The notes beneath the pieces are model-generated. The model worked only from the letters and a program-made list of their open reading frames with translations. It did no database searches and was not told the DNA's origin. Made by a program: the position numbers and the translations under genes. A stretch of 64,000 nucleotides of DNA, taken from positions 2,944,001-3,008,000 of the forward strand of contig OY769902.1 of NCBI GenBank assembly GCA_963669175.1, in the 5' to 3' direction. Source of the stretch: a bacterium (GTDB lineage Bacteria; Electryoneota; Electryoneia; Electryoneales; Electryoneaceae). Shown piece by piece: positions 1-10,300 of this stretch; positions within the stretch are counted from its first letter, which is position 1, and every line of letters begins with the position of its first letter.

Positions 1-85
1 ACTGATGCTGGAAAAAGAAGCCGTCAGGTAGTCGTATCGCTTATTTATGCACGTCAGGGTGGCCTGATCCGCAGGTGATGAAGTA

Positions 86-533
86 TCCGCTTTCGTGGTC
101 TGTATTCGGCGAAAAATGGGACTGTTACCTTTTCGAGTTCGCAGATACTGGACAGTTAATTCAGGGGGGACGAAAAGGTAACTGTACCAGATTTTTCGCC
201 TGTTTAGCTTGTGTGAACGCCACTGAGATTAGTTCCAGGTGTGAGAATGTTGGGCCGCCCAAAGTATGAATAATCATAGTGTTGAAGTGGAATGCTGGAA
301 AATGCTGGGACAGCCACCTTTTTCGCGACACGTTTCCCGGAAACAGATAACCAGCGTACAAATCAATCATGCTCAAGCAACATCAGTCTGTCCTATAGCG
401 AAAAAGAGTGGCAGTCCCCATTTTCCTATCCAATCCCGACTCACTCGTAGTCGCGTCATGGATTGTCACTTCAGCACAGTATCCATCTTGAAACGACAGC
501 GTCAGTTCCATCACGTGTGAGTCGTGCCACCCA
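86..533 (+). repeat. 448-bp direct repeat, copy A1 (REPIN-like, four internal palindromic motifs)
   Basis: Matches 3001..3448 at offset 2915. I count 7 mismatches in the first 250 bp. It contains inverted motif pairs CGAAAAATGGGACTGTTACCTTTTCG / CGAAAAGGTAACTGTACCAGATTTTTCGCC and GCTGGGACAGCCACCTTTTTCGC / GCGAAAAAGAGTGGCAGTCCCCATTTTCC. Confidence 0.95.
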
Positions 534-648
534 AGCTTATCACAATTCCAAGTGTGAATATTTGTTCTAACAGTTGCCCCGAATACCCGATCCCCACTAT
601 TTTCTTACACAGTTCCGCATCCCCGCTGGACTAAATCGGATAGAGAAG

Positions 649-2991
649 ATGACACGTACCTCGCTCACCCATTTGCGGTTGATCCTGATCGCCATCCTGT
701 GTGTTCTCTGCCTGCTCCCATCCTTGCTCCTTGCCGAGGGAAGGACGCCTTGGGACTATGGTGTCGATTGGCAGGGTGACAGTTTTATTTACAGGTATGA
801 TATCGCCAACCTGATTGATTCTTGCTATTTGTATGTACAGGATTACTACGGGCTTCGCCTTTACCGGATAGACATTGAAGGTGAACAGGCGCAACTGGAA
901 CTGCTGGATACCGAGCGTGCTTTCGGTGCTTATCCGACTCAGATGAAGTTCTATGGCGATACCTTGTTTGTGGGAACAGCGACCAGAGTTCACCTTTTTA
1001 CACGTGACGATGAAAGCCTGGCGCATATCCGTGAAGAGTTTCACTACGGTCTAAGTCCAAGGTGTATTACGGATGATTCGCTGATGGTGACTGACCGGGG
1101 AATTGTCAGCATACGTAACGATTTTGAACCGGAACTTCTTTGCCAGGGATATTTCTACCAGAACCACATCATTGTAGAAGATCATTTGTATTACGGAGTT
1201 CCATCGCCACAGGATGATTATCCATTAATCGTTTGTGATATTTCAGACCCACGTCACCCTCAGCAAGTCCAATATGTTGACACACTTCCATTTGGCTATG
1301 GATTTGAATACCATCATCCGGTTTACTTGGATAGTGTGATCGCATTTCCCAGTTGGGGATATGTCAATTTTGCCCGTTTGGATGAAAACTTGGAAGTAAT
1401 GGATACGTATGCATGGGATTTTATGGCTCAGTATCCGTATCATTATCCAGACTTTGATAATTATGGTTGGATTGGTGTGATCAGTGATACGTTGATTGGA
1501 GTATTTTCTGGATATTCGGGTTATAATCAATATCCTATACTTTCTTTGTTTGACCCGGATTTGCCTCTCGATGAAATGCACATCGCCACGATAGGATTCT
1601 ATGACAATTGGAACATCAGTGGTTATACGAGTTCTACCGCATGTACTTCGCACGATTCGTTGCTTCTAGTTAATAATATGTATTGGCCAATGACACGCCT
1701 CTATTGGATTGCCAGTCTGGATACAGCGGTTTGTCTTTTCGATACAACCAATTGGAATTACCCATATTATCATCCTACAAGTTCTTTTCCCTATCTCGAA
1801 GGCGGTATCTTAATTACAAATGAGGAATACGAAGCACTGACAATACATTCATTAACAGAAGGGTATACTCCAACACAAATAGTATCTAAGCAAAATTACA
1901 GGACGTATGTTTGTGATTATTATAGTCCCTACTTGTTGTCTTTATCACATTTACCAGGTGAAAGCGGACACAATCATTGGTATATTCAATCGCATTTTCA
2001 AAGTGACACTTTGGCAATGGTTTGCGATTTGGGGAGTTATGGAAATAGTGCTTTTCACAGCCCGCATGCTTGCTTGAAGCGCCTGAATGGTTCTTTGTAT
2101 TGCGCTATCCGGTATTATGAAGGGCTCGATATCTTTCAAATCTATCCCGATAGCGCTTCTCTGATATATACGCTTGAGTTGCCGGAAGTACTAAACTACG
2201 TCCAGAAGGGACTTGTTTGGGATGATGATGGCATCTTCCTGATGCAAAATGACAGCTTGAAATGGTTCGTGCCAGATTTGCCCGATACCTGCTATTTACG
2301 TGATAAAGAAGTCTTTCACCCTGTAAGTAGCGCCAATGCACCGGCGAACCCAATGAAGAAGAGCGAAAACTGGCTTGCCATTGGCAACCGCCTGTTCCGT
2401 TTCGAAGGAGATTCACTCCAGTTTGCTTGTGTCTTTCCCCATGGCCCCAATGATGCAGCTTCAAAGGTTTTAGAGCTCGAAGAAGACCGTGTTGTTCTAT
2501 GGACCAATGAACTCATCGGCCCAACCGTGACTGTACTGAACCTTCATGAGGATTGTTTCACCGATACTACCGCTTACATCATAGAAGGTGGCTATGAAGC
2601 TGATATTCTTGGAGACACCCTCTGGATTATTGGTGTGAACGGCCTAATGCGTTTTGAACTGACCGGATATTCGGATGCGCCGGAGGAAATCAAGGCTTCT
2701 TCCACGCTTCCCACAACCACACAGCTTGAACCGGCTTTCCCGAATCCTTTCAACCCTTCGGTTACCATTCCCTTTTCCCTGGCATCCTCTCAGCGACTCT
2801 CTATCGAGATCTTCGATATACTGGGGCGTCGCGTCACGACACTTACGGAAGGGCTGATTCCCGCCGGGCATCACCAGGTGCAATGGCAGGGAAAATCATC
2901 TTCTGGACAAATGGTCTCGGCAGGGACGTACTTTGTAAGGATGCGTTATAATGGAGGTGAATCCGTAAGGAAAGTTCTGTTGTTGAAATAA
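649..2991 (+). CDS. Secreted beta-rich protein with C-terminal T9SS-type/FlgD-like sorting domain
   Basis: ORF 574..2991. ATG at 649 gives a signal peptide (MTRTSLTHLRLILIAILCVLCLLPSLLLA). The C-terminus reads AFPNPFNP...IFDILGRRV...W.G.S..GQMVSAGTYFVRM...KVLLLK. Confidence 0.85.
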   Translation: MTRTSLTHLRLILIAILCVLCLLPSLLLAEGRTPWDYGVDWQGDSFIYRYDIANLIDSCYLYVQDYYGLRLYRIDIEGEQAQLELLDTERAFGAYPTQMKFYGDTLFVGTATRVHLFTRDDESLAHIREEFHYGLSPRCITDDSLMVTDRGIVSIRNDFEPELLCQGYFYQNHIIVEDHLYYGVPSPQDDYPLIVCDISDPRHPQQVQYVDTLPFGYGFEYHHPVYLDSVIAFPSWGYVNFARLDENLEVMDTYAWDFMAQYPYHYPDFDNYGWIGVISDTLIGVFSGYSGYNQYPILSLFDPDLPLDEMHIATIGFYDNWNISGYTSSTACTSHDSLLLVNNMYWPMTRLYWIASLDTAVCLFDTTNWNYPYYHPTSSFPYLEGGILITNEEYEALTIHSLTEGYTPTQIVSKQNYRTYVCDYYSPYLLSLSHLPGESGHNHWYIQSHFQSDTLAMVCDLGSYGNSAFHSPHACLKRLNGSLYCAIRYYEGLDIFQIYPDSASLIYTLELPEVLNYVQKGLVWDDDGIFLMQNDSLKWFVPDLPDTCYLRDKEVFHPVSSANAPANPMKKSENWLAIGNRLFRFEGDSLQFACVFPHGPNDAASKVLELEEDRVVLWTNELIGPTVTVLNLHEDCFTDTTAYIIEGGYEADILGDTLWIIGVNGLMRFELTGYSDAPEEIKASSTLPTTTQLEPAFPNPFNPSVTIPFSLASSQRLSIEIFDILGRRVTTLTEGLIPAGHHQVQWQGKSSSGQMVSAGTYFVRMRYNGGESVRKVLLLK

Positions 2992-3000
2992 GGAAATGCT

Positions 3001-3448
3001 TCCGCTTTCGTGGTCTGTATTCGGCGAAAAATGGGACTGTTACCTTTTCGAGTTCGCAGATACTGGACAGTGAATTCAGGGGTGACGAAAAGGTAACTGT
3101 ACCAGATTTTTCGCCTGTTTAGCTTGTGTGAACGCCACTGAGATTAGTTCCAGGCGTGAGAATGTAGGGTCACCCAAAGTAAGAATAATCATAGTGTTGA
3201 AGTGGAATGCTGGAAAATGCTGGGACAGCCACCTTTTTCGCGACACGTTTTCCAAGTACACTTTACATATGCATAATTCAAGCATGATTTACAATCATCG
3301 CCACTCAAGCATGCGAAAAAGAGTGGCAGTCCCCATTTTCCTGCCACATTCCCGACTCACTCATAGTCGCGTCAAGGATTGTCACTTCAGCACAGTACCC
3401 ATCACGAACGACAGCGTCAGTTCCATCACGTGTGAGTCGGGCCACCCA
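3001..3448 (+). repeat. 448-bp direct repeat, copy A2
   Basis: Second copy of 86..533, starting 10 bp after the stop codon of the enclosed gene. Confidence 0.95.
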
Positions 3449-3553
3449 GACCTCGGCTATTCAGACAAAAACTAGAAGTTCAGGAAAGAAGATAGAAGTG
3501 TATTTATATGGTTATTATAAAAATAACTGGAACCTCATTATTTCTACCTCCTC

Positions 3554-3596
3554 TTGACACTGCACTCCTGTTCACCTATCTTTTGTTTAGTAAACA
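3554..3596 (+). promoter_or_regulatory. lexA sigma70 promoter with candidate SOS operator(s)
   Basis: TTGACA (3554-3559), 17-bp spacer, TATCTT (3577-3582). TGCAC-N4-GTTCA lies in the spacer (3561-3574) and the palindrome TGTTTA-G-TAAACA at 3584-3596. Confidence 0.65.
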
Positions 3597-3686
3597 TATG
3601 ATACCCTTTGTGTGGATTCGACGTAAAGGGGGACTGGGCGTAAAGAAGGCAGGTCGCTTACGTCGCAGACAGACCTGGAGGTCAGC

Positions 3687-4412
3687 ATGGCCAAGAAATT
3701 GACAGATAGACAACGCTCTGTGTTGGTTCGGATCGGAGAAGGATTGCGCGATCATAACTATCCGCCGACGTTGCGCGAGATAGGTGAAGAGGAAGGCATT
3801 CGTTCGACCAATGGCGTACGCAGTGTGCTTGAAGCCCTGGAGAAAAAGGGGTACATCACACGCAAGCGTTACCAGAGCCGTGCGATTGAACTGACGGATC
3901 GTGGCAAGGATGAAGTCGTGCAGGTGTTGGGAACGGACAATTCTGACGAACCTTACATGGATGAGTCGGGTGCTGCTGCCAGGACGATTTCGCTGAATGC
4001 TACAGTTGATGAGGCCAGAAACGTGGTCACGATTCCTGTCCTGGGACGTGTCGCTGCAGGTTTGCCTTTGCTGGCGGAGCAGAATATTGATGAGCATGTG
4101 GCGCTGGATGCCGAATACGCTCCGCATGGCGAGACCTTTGCCTTACGGGTCAAAGGTGAATCCATGATCGAGGAGGGCATTCATAACGGTGATGTGGTTT
4201 TCTGTCGTGTGCAGGAAAACGCTGAGCCCGGTGAAATTGTAGTCGCCTTGATCGGCGATGAAGCTACGGTGAAGTACTATTACCCGGAAAAGAACCGTGT
4301 GGTTCTGAAGCCGGCGAACCAGTATTTCGGGCCGATTGTAGTCGAAGCGGATACACCTGGTTTCCGTATTCTGGGCAAGGTTGTCGGTTTATATCGCCGT
4401 TACATGAAGTAA
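3687..4412 (+). CDS. lexA: SOS repressor LexA
   Basis: N-terminal LTDRQ...YPPTLREIG...STNGV winged HTH, VAAG cleavage site, GESM catalytic Ser and ATVK catalytic Lys. GGAGG RBS upstream. Confidence 0.97.
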   Translation: MAKKLTDRQRSVLVRIGEGLRDHNYPPTLREIGEEEGIRSTNGVRSVLEALEKKGYITRKRYQSRAIELTDRGKDEVVQVLGTDNSDEPYMDESGAAARTISLNATVDEARNVVTIPVLGRVAAGLPLLAEQNIDEHVALDAEYAPHGETFALRVKGESMIEEGIHNGDVVFCRVQENAEPGEIVVALIGDEATVKYYYPEKNRVVLKPANQYFGPIVVEADTPGFRILGKVVGLYRRYMK

Positions 4413-4512
4413 CAATAGTCAGTCAACTTGGATATTGCTGGCAAAATATTGTTATTGCATATATTAGGGAATTGTTAATCCGATTTTTCCTTGTGGCTTC
4501 AGGGACGTTTAC

Positions 4513-4542
4513 TTGACAGCTTCTGTTTGGCAGGGGTATATT
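4513..4542 (+). promoter_or_regulatory. Sigma70-like promoter of the bifunctional nuclease gene
   Basis: TTGACA (4513-4518), 18-bp spacer, TATATT (4537-4542). Confidence 0.55.
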
Positions 4543-4620
4543 GTTCGCCTTGGCAACAGAAGCTTTTTTCTTTATCTACCTAGTGATACGCTGGCTTCAG
4601 ACACCGCAAAGGAGTAGAAC

Positions 4621-5172
4621 ATGATCCCCGTTGAAGTGTCAGGCATCTCCATCAGCCCACCTTATCAGGGGTATGTGGTGATTTTGAAGGAGAAAGATGG
4701 GGATCAGTGGTTACCCATTTTTATCGGGGCATCGGAAGCGCATACCATCTCGCTGCTGTTGCAGGGGCTGAAATATGTGCGTCCCTTAACCTACGATTTG
4801 TTCTACAACCTCCTCGATGCATCATCATCCACGGTCGAGAAAATTGAGGTGACCAAGCTGGAAGAGAACACGTTCTATGCGTTGGTGTATCTTAACACTC
4901 CCGATGGTATCAAGGAAATTGATGCGCGTCCCAGCGATGCTATCGCCCTGGCGCTGAAATTCGAAGCGCCCATTTTTGTTGCGCCGACTGTGTTTACTGA
5001 AGCCGGTATGCGTGGCGAAATTGCCCAGACGGAAAATGTTGATCCGGATGATCGTCTTTCCGAGCTGAACCAGAAATTACAGGAAGCGGTTGAGGCGGAA
5101 GCGTACGAAGAAGCGGCGCGTATCCGTGATGAAATCAAGGAACTGGAACAGGCAAGGAAGAAAGAGAATTAG
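4621..5172 (+). CDS. Bifunctional nuclease family (DUF151/BFN) protein with C-terminal UVR motif
   Basis: LPIFIG..EA, RPLTYDL, FYA and IDARPSDAIALAL motifs. C-terminal LQEAVEAEAYEEAARIRDEI is a UvrB/C motif. Confidence 0.93.
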   Translation: MIPVEVSGISISPPYQGYVVILKEKDGDQWLPIFIGASEAHTISLLLQGLKYVRPLTYDLFYNLLDASSSTVEKIEVTKLEENTFYALVYLNTPDGIKEIDARPSDAIALALKFEAPIFVAPTVFTEAGMRGEIAQTENVDPDDRLSELNQKLQEAVEAEAYEEAARIRDEIKELEQARKKEN

Positions 5173-5197
5173 TTTCAGTTTGTAGTCCGCGAATACT

Positions 5198-5226
5198 ACC
5201 CTGCGCCGGAAGACGCAGGGTTTTTT
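5198..5226 (+). terminator. Rho-independent terminator
   Basis: ACCCTGCG-8 nt-CGCAGGGT followed by a T tract. Confidence 0.85.
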
Positions 5227-5330
5227 AGGTGCCTCGCTATTTCGTGTGGGTACGCAACATCAGGAAATAGTTTTGATGTGTATAATCACGGCCACAATTT
5301 ATTGTGCATAGGCTTTCCATTGATGCAGGC

Positions 5331-5624
5331 CACCTCGAAGAGGTGAAATTTGAATAGCGTGGTGCGTAAGCGCCGGGAGAACGGTTGCCCATTTCTCTTC
5401 GATCCCGAAGGGATCGCACAAAATCTACGGAAGATATCTTAACCAACGCTTGCCCCGTTCTATTCAACATCTTGCTTTTCTTACAAACGCCTGATGTGAA
5501 TTGTTATTACGTTCTCCCGGAACCCTATGCTACCAGTGCGTCCCCGTCAGGGACGATTTCCCATAGCGATGTTGTGTTCCCGGCGCTTCCGCACCACGCT
5601 ATTCAAATGGCCCACCTTCGGTGG
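5331..5624. repeat. REPIN-like long inverted repeat (family D)
   Basis: 31-bp arms at 5348..5378 and 5578..5608 (1 mismatch), with small terminal and internal hairpins. A related single arm lies at 15366..15451. Confidence 0.85.
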
Positions 5625-5764
5625 ACTTGCAATGGAACCAGACCTCATTGACTGATTCCTATGTAACAACTCGATATTCTATTGTCGTGTCGCATCACTG
5701 TGTGAACCTCTTTACCCACACGAAACAGCAAAGCACCTTTTTTTATCTGTGAGTAGGAAGAAGT

Positions 5765-7027
5765 TCACGCCATGGGAATCCGAACCGTAAAGGTTGTCCC
5801 TTTCCCAGGTTCACTGTCAACTGTAATGGTACCATTTACGGCAGAGATAGATTCTCGGCACATCCATAACCCCAGTCCAGTGCCGACCGGCTTGTCCGAA
5901 GACTGGTTTTTATTTTGAGTTGTCGGTTTGGTCGAGAAGAAAGGATCAAAGATGCGGTCCTGAATTTCCGGGGGAATACCTGGACCATTATCACGAACGA
6001 CCAGTTCAGCAAACCCGTCATTGCAACGAGTGGATATTTCCATTTTCTGATCTTTCTGATTGAACATCGCATCCAGTGCATTTCTTATCAAATTCTGGAA
6101 TACTTGTGAGATATCACCGGCAACCACATGTACCAGTAATGGCGCCGGGTGAAGCGAGACTTTCTTTACCACCTTATTCTTGAATACCAGGTCAGACTTC
6201 ATGAAGGCGATTTCAGTGGCGATAAGGTGATTCAGGTCTATATCCTTCTGAGTTTCGCTTTTATCCTGACGGCTTTTTGTCAGCATGGAAGTAATGATAT
6301 CATTCAGGGTGTTATTGGAATTTTCTATCATCTTCACGGCCCGCAGGATTCTTTCCAGCAATTCTTCACTTGCCTTACAGTCCGGCGCTGCATGATCAGC
6401 ATTTTTGAATTTATCGACAGCGACATTGATCATCTGGGCGCTCATCATACTGGCAGAAAGCGGGTTTTTTAAATTGTGAACAATGCCCTGTACCAGTTGT
6501 CCGAATATGGCTTGACGCTCACTCACGATCAGGTCACGAGTGCGTTTTTCCAGCAGATCTTCCAGTTGACGGTTATAGGTATGTATAATTTCACGTGCTT
6601 TTTTCAGTTCCAGGTGAGTATGGATTCGTGCGAGGATCTCGCGTACCTGGAAAGGTTTGGAAACATAATCAACCGCCCCGAGCTCAAACCCCTTTACTTT
6701 ATCTTCGACAGCATCCTTGGCAGTAAGGAAGATAACCGGAATATCGGACGTAACCGGGTTGGCTTTTAGGCGGCGGCATACTTCATAGCCATCCATCTCC
6801 GGCATCATGATATCAAGCAGTATGAGATCAATGTGTTTGTCCTGAATGCTTTGCAGCGCATTTACACCACTGGTGGCAAAATGAATATCATAGCCCTCAT
6901 CAGACAGGATCGTCAGCATCAACTGAATGTTCTTCAAGACATCATCTACCACCATGATTGAGGGGGCGGATTCTTCTTTGTGAAGGATGATGTTTTCGTT
7001 GCCGTTCATGGTTGCGCTTTCCTGCAT
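5765..7027 (-). CDS. Hybrid response regulator-histidine kinase (REC-HisKA-HATPase)
   Basis: Receiver motifs VVDD, LLDIMMP, FLTA, KP; H-box IVHNLKNPL; NLIRNA, DNGPG, FDPFFSTK, GTGLGL. Confidence 0.95.
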   Translation of the reverse strand: MQESATMNGNENIILHKEESAPSIMVVDDVLKNIQLMLTILSDEGYDIHFATSGVNALQSIQDKHIDLILLDIMMPEMDGYEVCRRLKANPVTSDIPVIFLTAKDAVEDKVKGFELGAVDYVSKPFQVREILARIHTHLELKKAREIIHTYNRQLEDLLEKRTRDLIVSERQAIFGQLVQGIVHNLKNPLSASMMSAQMINVAVDKFKNADHAAPDCKASEELLERILRAVKMIENSNNTLNDIITSMLTKSRQDKSETQKDIDLNHLIATEIAFMKSDLVFKNKVVKKVSLHPAPLLVHVVAGDISQVFQNLIRNALDAMFNQKDQKMEISTRCNDGFAELVVRDNGPGIPPEIQDRIFDPFFSTKPTTQNKNQSSDKPVGTGLGLWMCRESISAVNGTITVDSEPGKGTTFTVRIPMA

Positions 7028-7337
7028 GTATGTTTCCAGTGGAACGATCCATCCGGATCAGGCCACAATTGAATCGCTGGTATGGATGCGAGAAGCTGTT
7101 CATCAATGTGCGATAAGAGCCTGATATCCAGATAAATGTTCGCGATTTTGTAATCGTTCCAATGTTGGAAGTGTTTGTGGCATCTGCAAGCGTGAAATCC
7201 AGTAAAAATGGCTCCACTAGTGGAAAGCATCTCATATTTCAGGAGACTAACGGTTCCGACTAAAATTCAGATACACAACGCATTCAGTTCGAATCAGTCA
7301 TCGAAGTACTTGTGATATTAAGTATTCATGTTTTGCG

Positions 7338-10300
7338 GTGTATTGCAGCCTTTCGTACATTGCACCTGTCAGTTGTGTCACGGGGAATTCAGAGCCAGGG
7401 AAAGCGCCAATGTATGTCATGGTCCAGGAACAGGCAGGCAGGGAAGGACTCTTTAATCTTTTATCAGGTTCAAGAGAGTATGATAATGTTGTGCTATTTC
7501 AGGAGTTCCCTGAAGGCATGCCCTTGTTCAATGAAGATCCGTACAAGGTTGTGTTTCTTGCCTTTGAACCACCCTACGAAGACTCGCTTGAAATCATTCG
7601 AAAACTGCTGGAGTTCAAGCCTGGCGTTGCTATTGTTCTGGTCACTACTGAAGATTGTCCTGCCAGAGTCATTGTAAAGGCGATGTCTGAAGGCGCTTGT
7701 TCAATCCTGTTCCGACCGGTTAAAGAGCAGGACGTTTCAGAGCTGGCATCCGTAATACGCAAATGGCACAAACATCATGAAACAACCAATGAGGTGCAGG
7801 GAAGACTGGAAGCTCTGATCGATACCAGCCCGAACCTGTTTATCATGATTGATAATGATAACAGGTTTTTGTACGCCAACAGCGCATTGACCGATTATTT
7901 TGACTTGCGTGTTGATCAGGTCTTCGGGATGAATTTCGATGATTTTATCGAGCAAACAGCAGATTATTTTGAATCCCCGGAATTGTACCGTCGCATTTTA
8001 CGCCAGGAAGATCTTTCCCAATTCGAACGATCTGCGACAGATGTGATTGAATTGACTCGTTCGGGTATCCAGAAGATACGTCCGAGCAGGCAAGTCCTGA
8101 CATTCATTCCCGCCCCCATTGAGTCGCGATCAGGCGAACTGCTCGGGACTGTATGGTCCTTCATCGATGTGACTGAAATCAGGAAGAGTACTGAACTGCT
8201 GCGGACAATGGTTGAGTTTTCACCTATCCCGGCTGTTGTAAGCAGGCTGGAAGATGGCGCAATTCTTTTCGCAAATGAGCCGCTTGCCAACCTGATAGGG
8301 GTTCCTGCCGATAAGATTATCGGCCAGAAAACTCCAGACTATTACACAGATGAGCGAACACGTGATCGCATCAAGAAGATCCTGCTGGAGAAAGGCAATG
8401 TTCGAAATTATGAAGTACAACTAAACAGGGCTGATGGTAAAACCTTATGGATGATCTTCAACCTGGTGAAGGCTGACCTTAATGGCGAAGAGGTCATTAT
8501 TGGTTCCCTTTTCAACATTGAAGAGAGGAAAAGAGCAGAGGACGAGCTTCGCTGGGAGAGAAACTTTGTCAATGCGGTTGTCGATACTGCGGCAGCGTTG
8601 ATTGTGGTTATGGATCAGACTGGTAATGTTATTCGCTTCAATCGAACATGTGAAATAATAAGTGGTTATTCGGCAGAGGAAGTTGTTGGGCGTGAGTTCT
8701 TTGATCTGCTTTTGCCGAAAGAAGAGGTGAAAGACGTCCGCAGGCGCTTCCTGGAAATCGTAGAGGGGCAGGTTCCGAAGTTTGGTGAAAACCACTGGAT
8801 TACGCGTGATGGTGAAGAACGGCTGATATCCTGGTCCAACACGGTTATCAGTGATACACAGGGTATGGGAACTTTTATTGTCGCTATTGGCATTGATATT
8901 ACAGAAGCGCGGATAGCAGAAGAGCGCTTGCGATTATATCACCGGATTTTCCAGGCGGCGAATGACGGCATCATGATCGCAGATGCAACCGGGAATGTAC
9001 TTGAGATTAATCCTTCCCAGCGTGAAAGAATGGGCGATATCACCAAGAAAAAAAATCTTCATGAGAAACTGGATACTGAATCTTACCTTGCTTTGCATGA
9101 TGCCATTGAGAAAGAGGGTGAGTTTCATAACGAGTTGAAGATCAAAACAGATGAAGGTTGTGAAGCGACCATAGACCTGTCCCTGTTTCCGATCCATGAC
9201 GATGAAGGTGAAGTGCAGTATTATGTCGGAATGGGGCGTGATATTACCCAACGTCGCAAGGATCAGGAAACGATTGCCATGCGGCTTCGTTATGAGATCG
9301 GGCTGGCCGGATGCTCGCAGACACTGCTGGAAACGGGTGAATTCAGACCGGTTCTGACAAGAGCAATCCAGCATCTGAAATCTCCCACACAGGTTGATCG
9401 AGTTCTCCTGCAATTGTTTGCACAGGCTGATAGCAGTCCATTGGCGCCAGATTCGCCTATCTTAATTGGTGATGTGGATACGCTGCCAGATCACGGGGCA
9501 GAAATTGTCCAATTTGAAAATCCGGAAATGGAAAACTGTGCTGCACTACTATCACAGAAGAAACCGGTTTTCAAAACCAAAGATGATTCTCCGGCAGAAT
9601 GCGCTGCTTTGTTGAGTGAGAACATCCAGTCTGTTCTTCTTCTTCCCATTTTTGTGGATGAAAAATGGGTGGGTGTTTTACGATTTGAGGATCAAAACCC
9701 GGATGCGGTATGGGGTGATGAAGAGCTTCGTATGCTTCAGACTGCAGCGCAGATGATCGGTGGCTACCTGGCTCGTAGAAAAGCTATTAACGCTCTCCAG
9801 TTCAGTGAGAAGAGGTTCAGAACCCTTGTTGAAAATATCAAGGATCTGATTTTCTCGCTGGATGCAGAGGGAAGAATATCTTATCTGTCGCCCCAATTCG
9901 AAGTTCTGACCGGCTTCAAGGTTGAAGACTATATCGGTAAAAGCAGCGGTGATATGTTACCCGATAAAATGCACAAGGAAACACACCTGGCCTGGATACA
10001 ATTGGGAGCCGGGCTTTCCGGGATTCCGGACGAGAACTTCGAGTTCAAGCTTGCCACAGCTTCAGGTGAAGAAAAGTGGTTTGTCTCGCATTCTTCTACC
10101 CTGGTGGACAAAGATGGCAAAGTGCTGGAGATTATCGGCGCGGCACATGAAATCACCACACTGAAGAAAATGATGGAAGATCTAGAGAAAGCGAACCTTC
10201 ACTTGCGTGAAACCCAGGGCCAGCTTGTCCAATCGGAAAAGATGGCTTCTTTGGGGATGCTTGTCGCCGGAATCGCCCATGAGATCAATACGCCGATCGG

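Noticed and set aside
1-31. Possible 3' end of an upstream CDS (LMLEKEAVR-stop)
   Set aside because: Too short to support a call.
75-520. Short ORFs within repeat elements (also 3076..3475, 10886..11173, 19648..19866, 38193..38555, 51366..51560)
   Set aside because: They are translations of non-coding repeats; frames are not conserved between copies.
86-533. CRISPR array interpretation of the motif-spacer clusters
   Set aside because: Motifs alternate in orientation, are degenerate, number only 2-4 per cluster with uneven spacers, and no cas gene is present.
86-3448. Integron cassette with attC sites
   Set aside because: The repeats are far longer than attC, I could not find RYYYAAC...GTTRRRY ends, and no integrase is seen.
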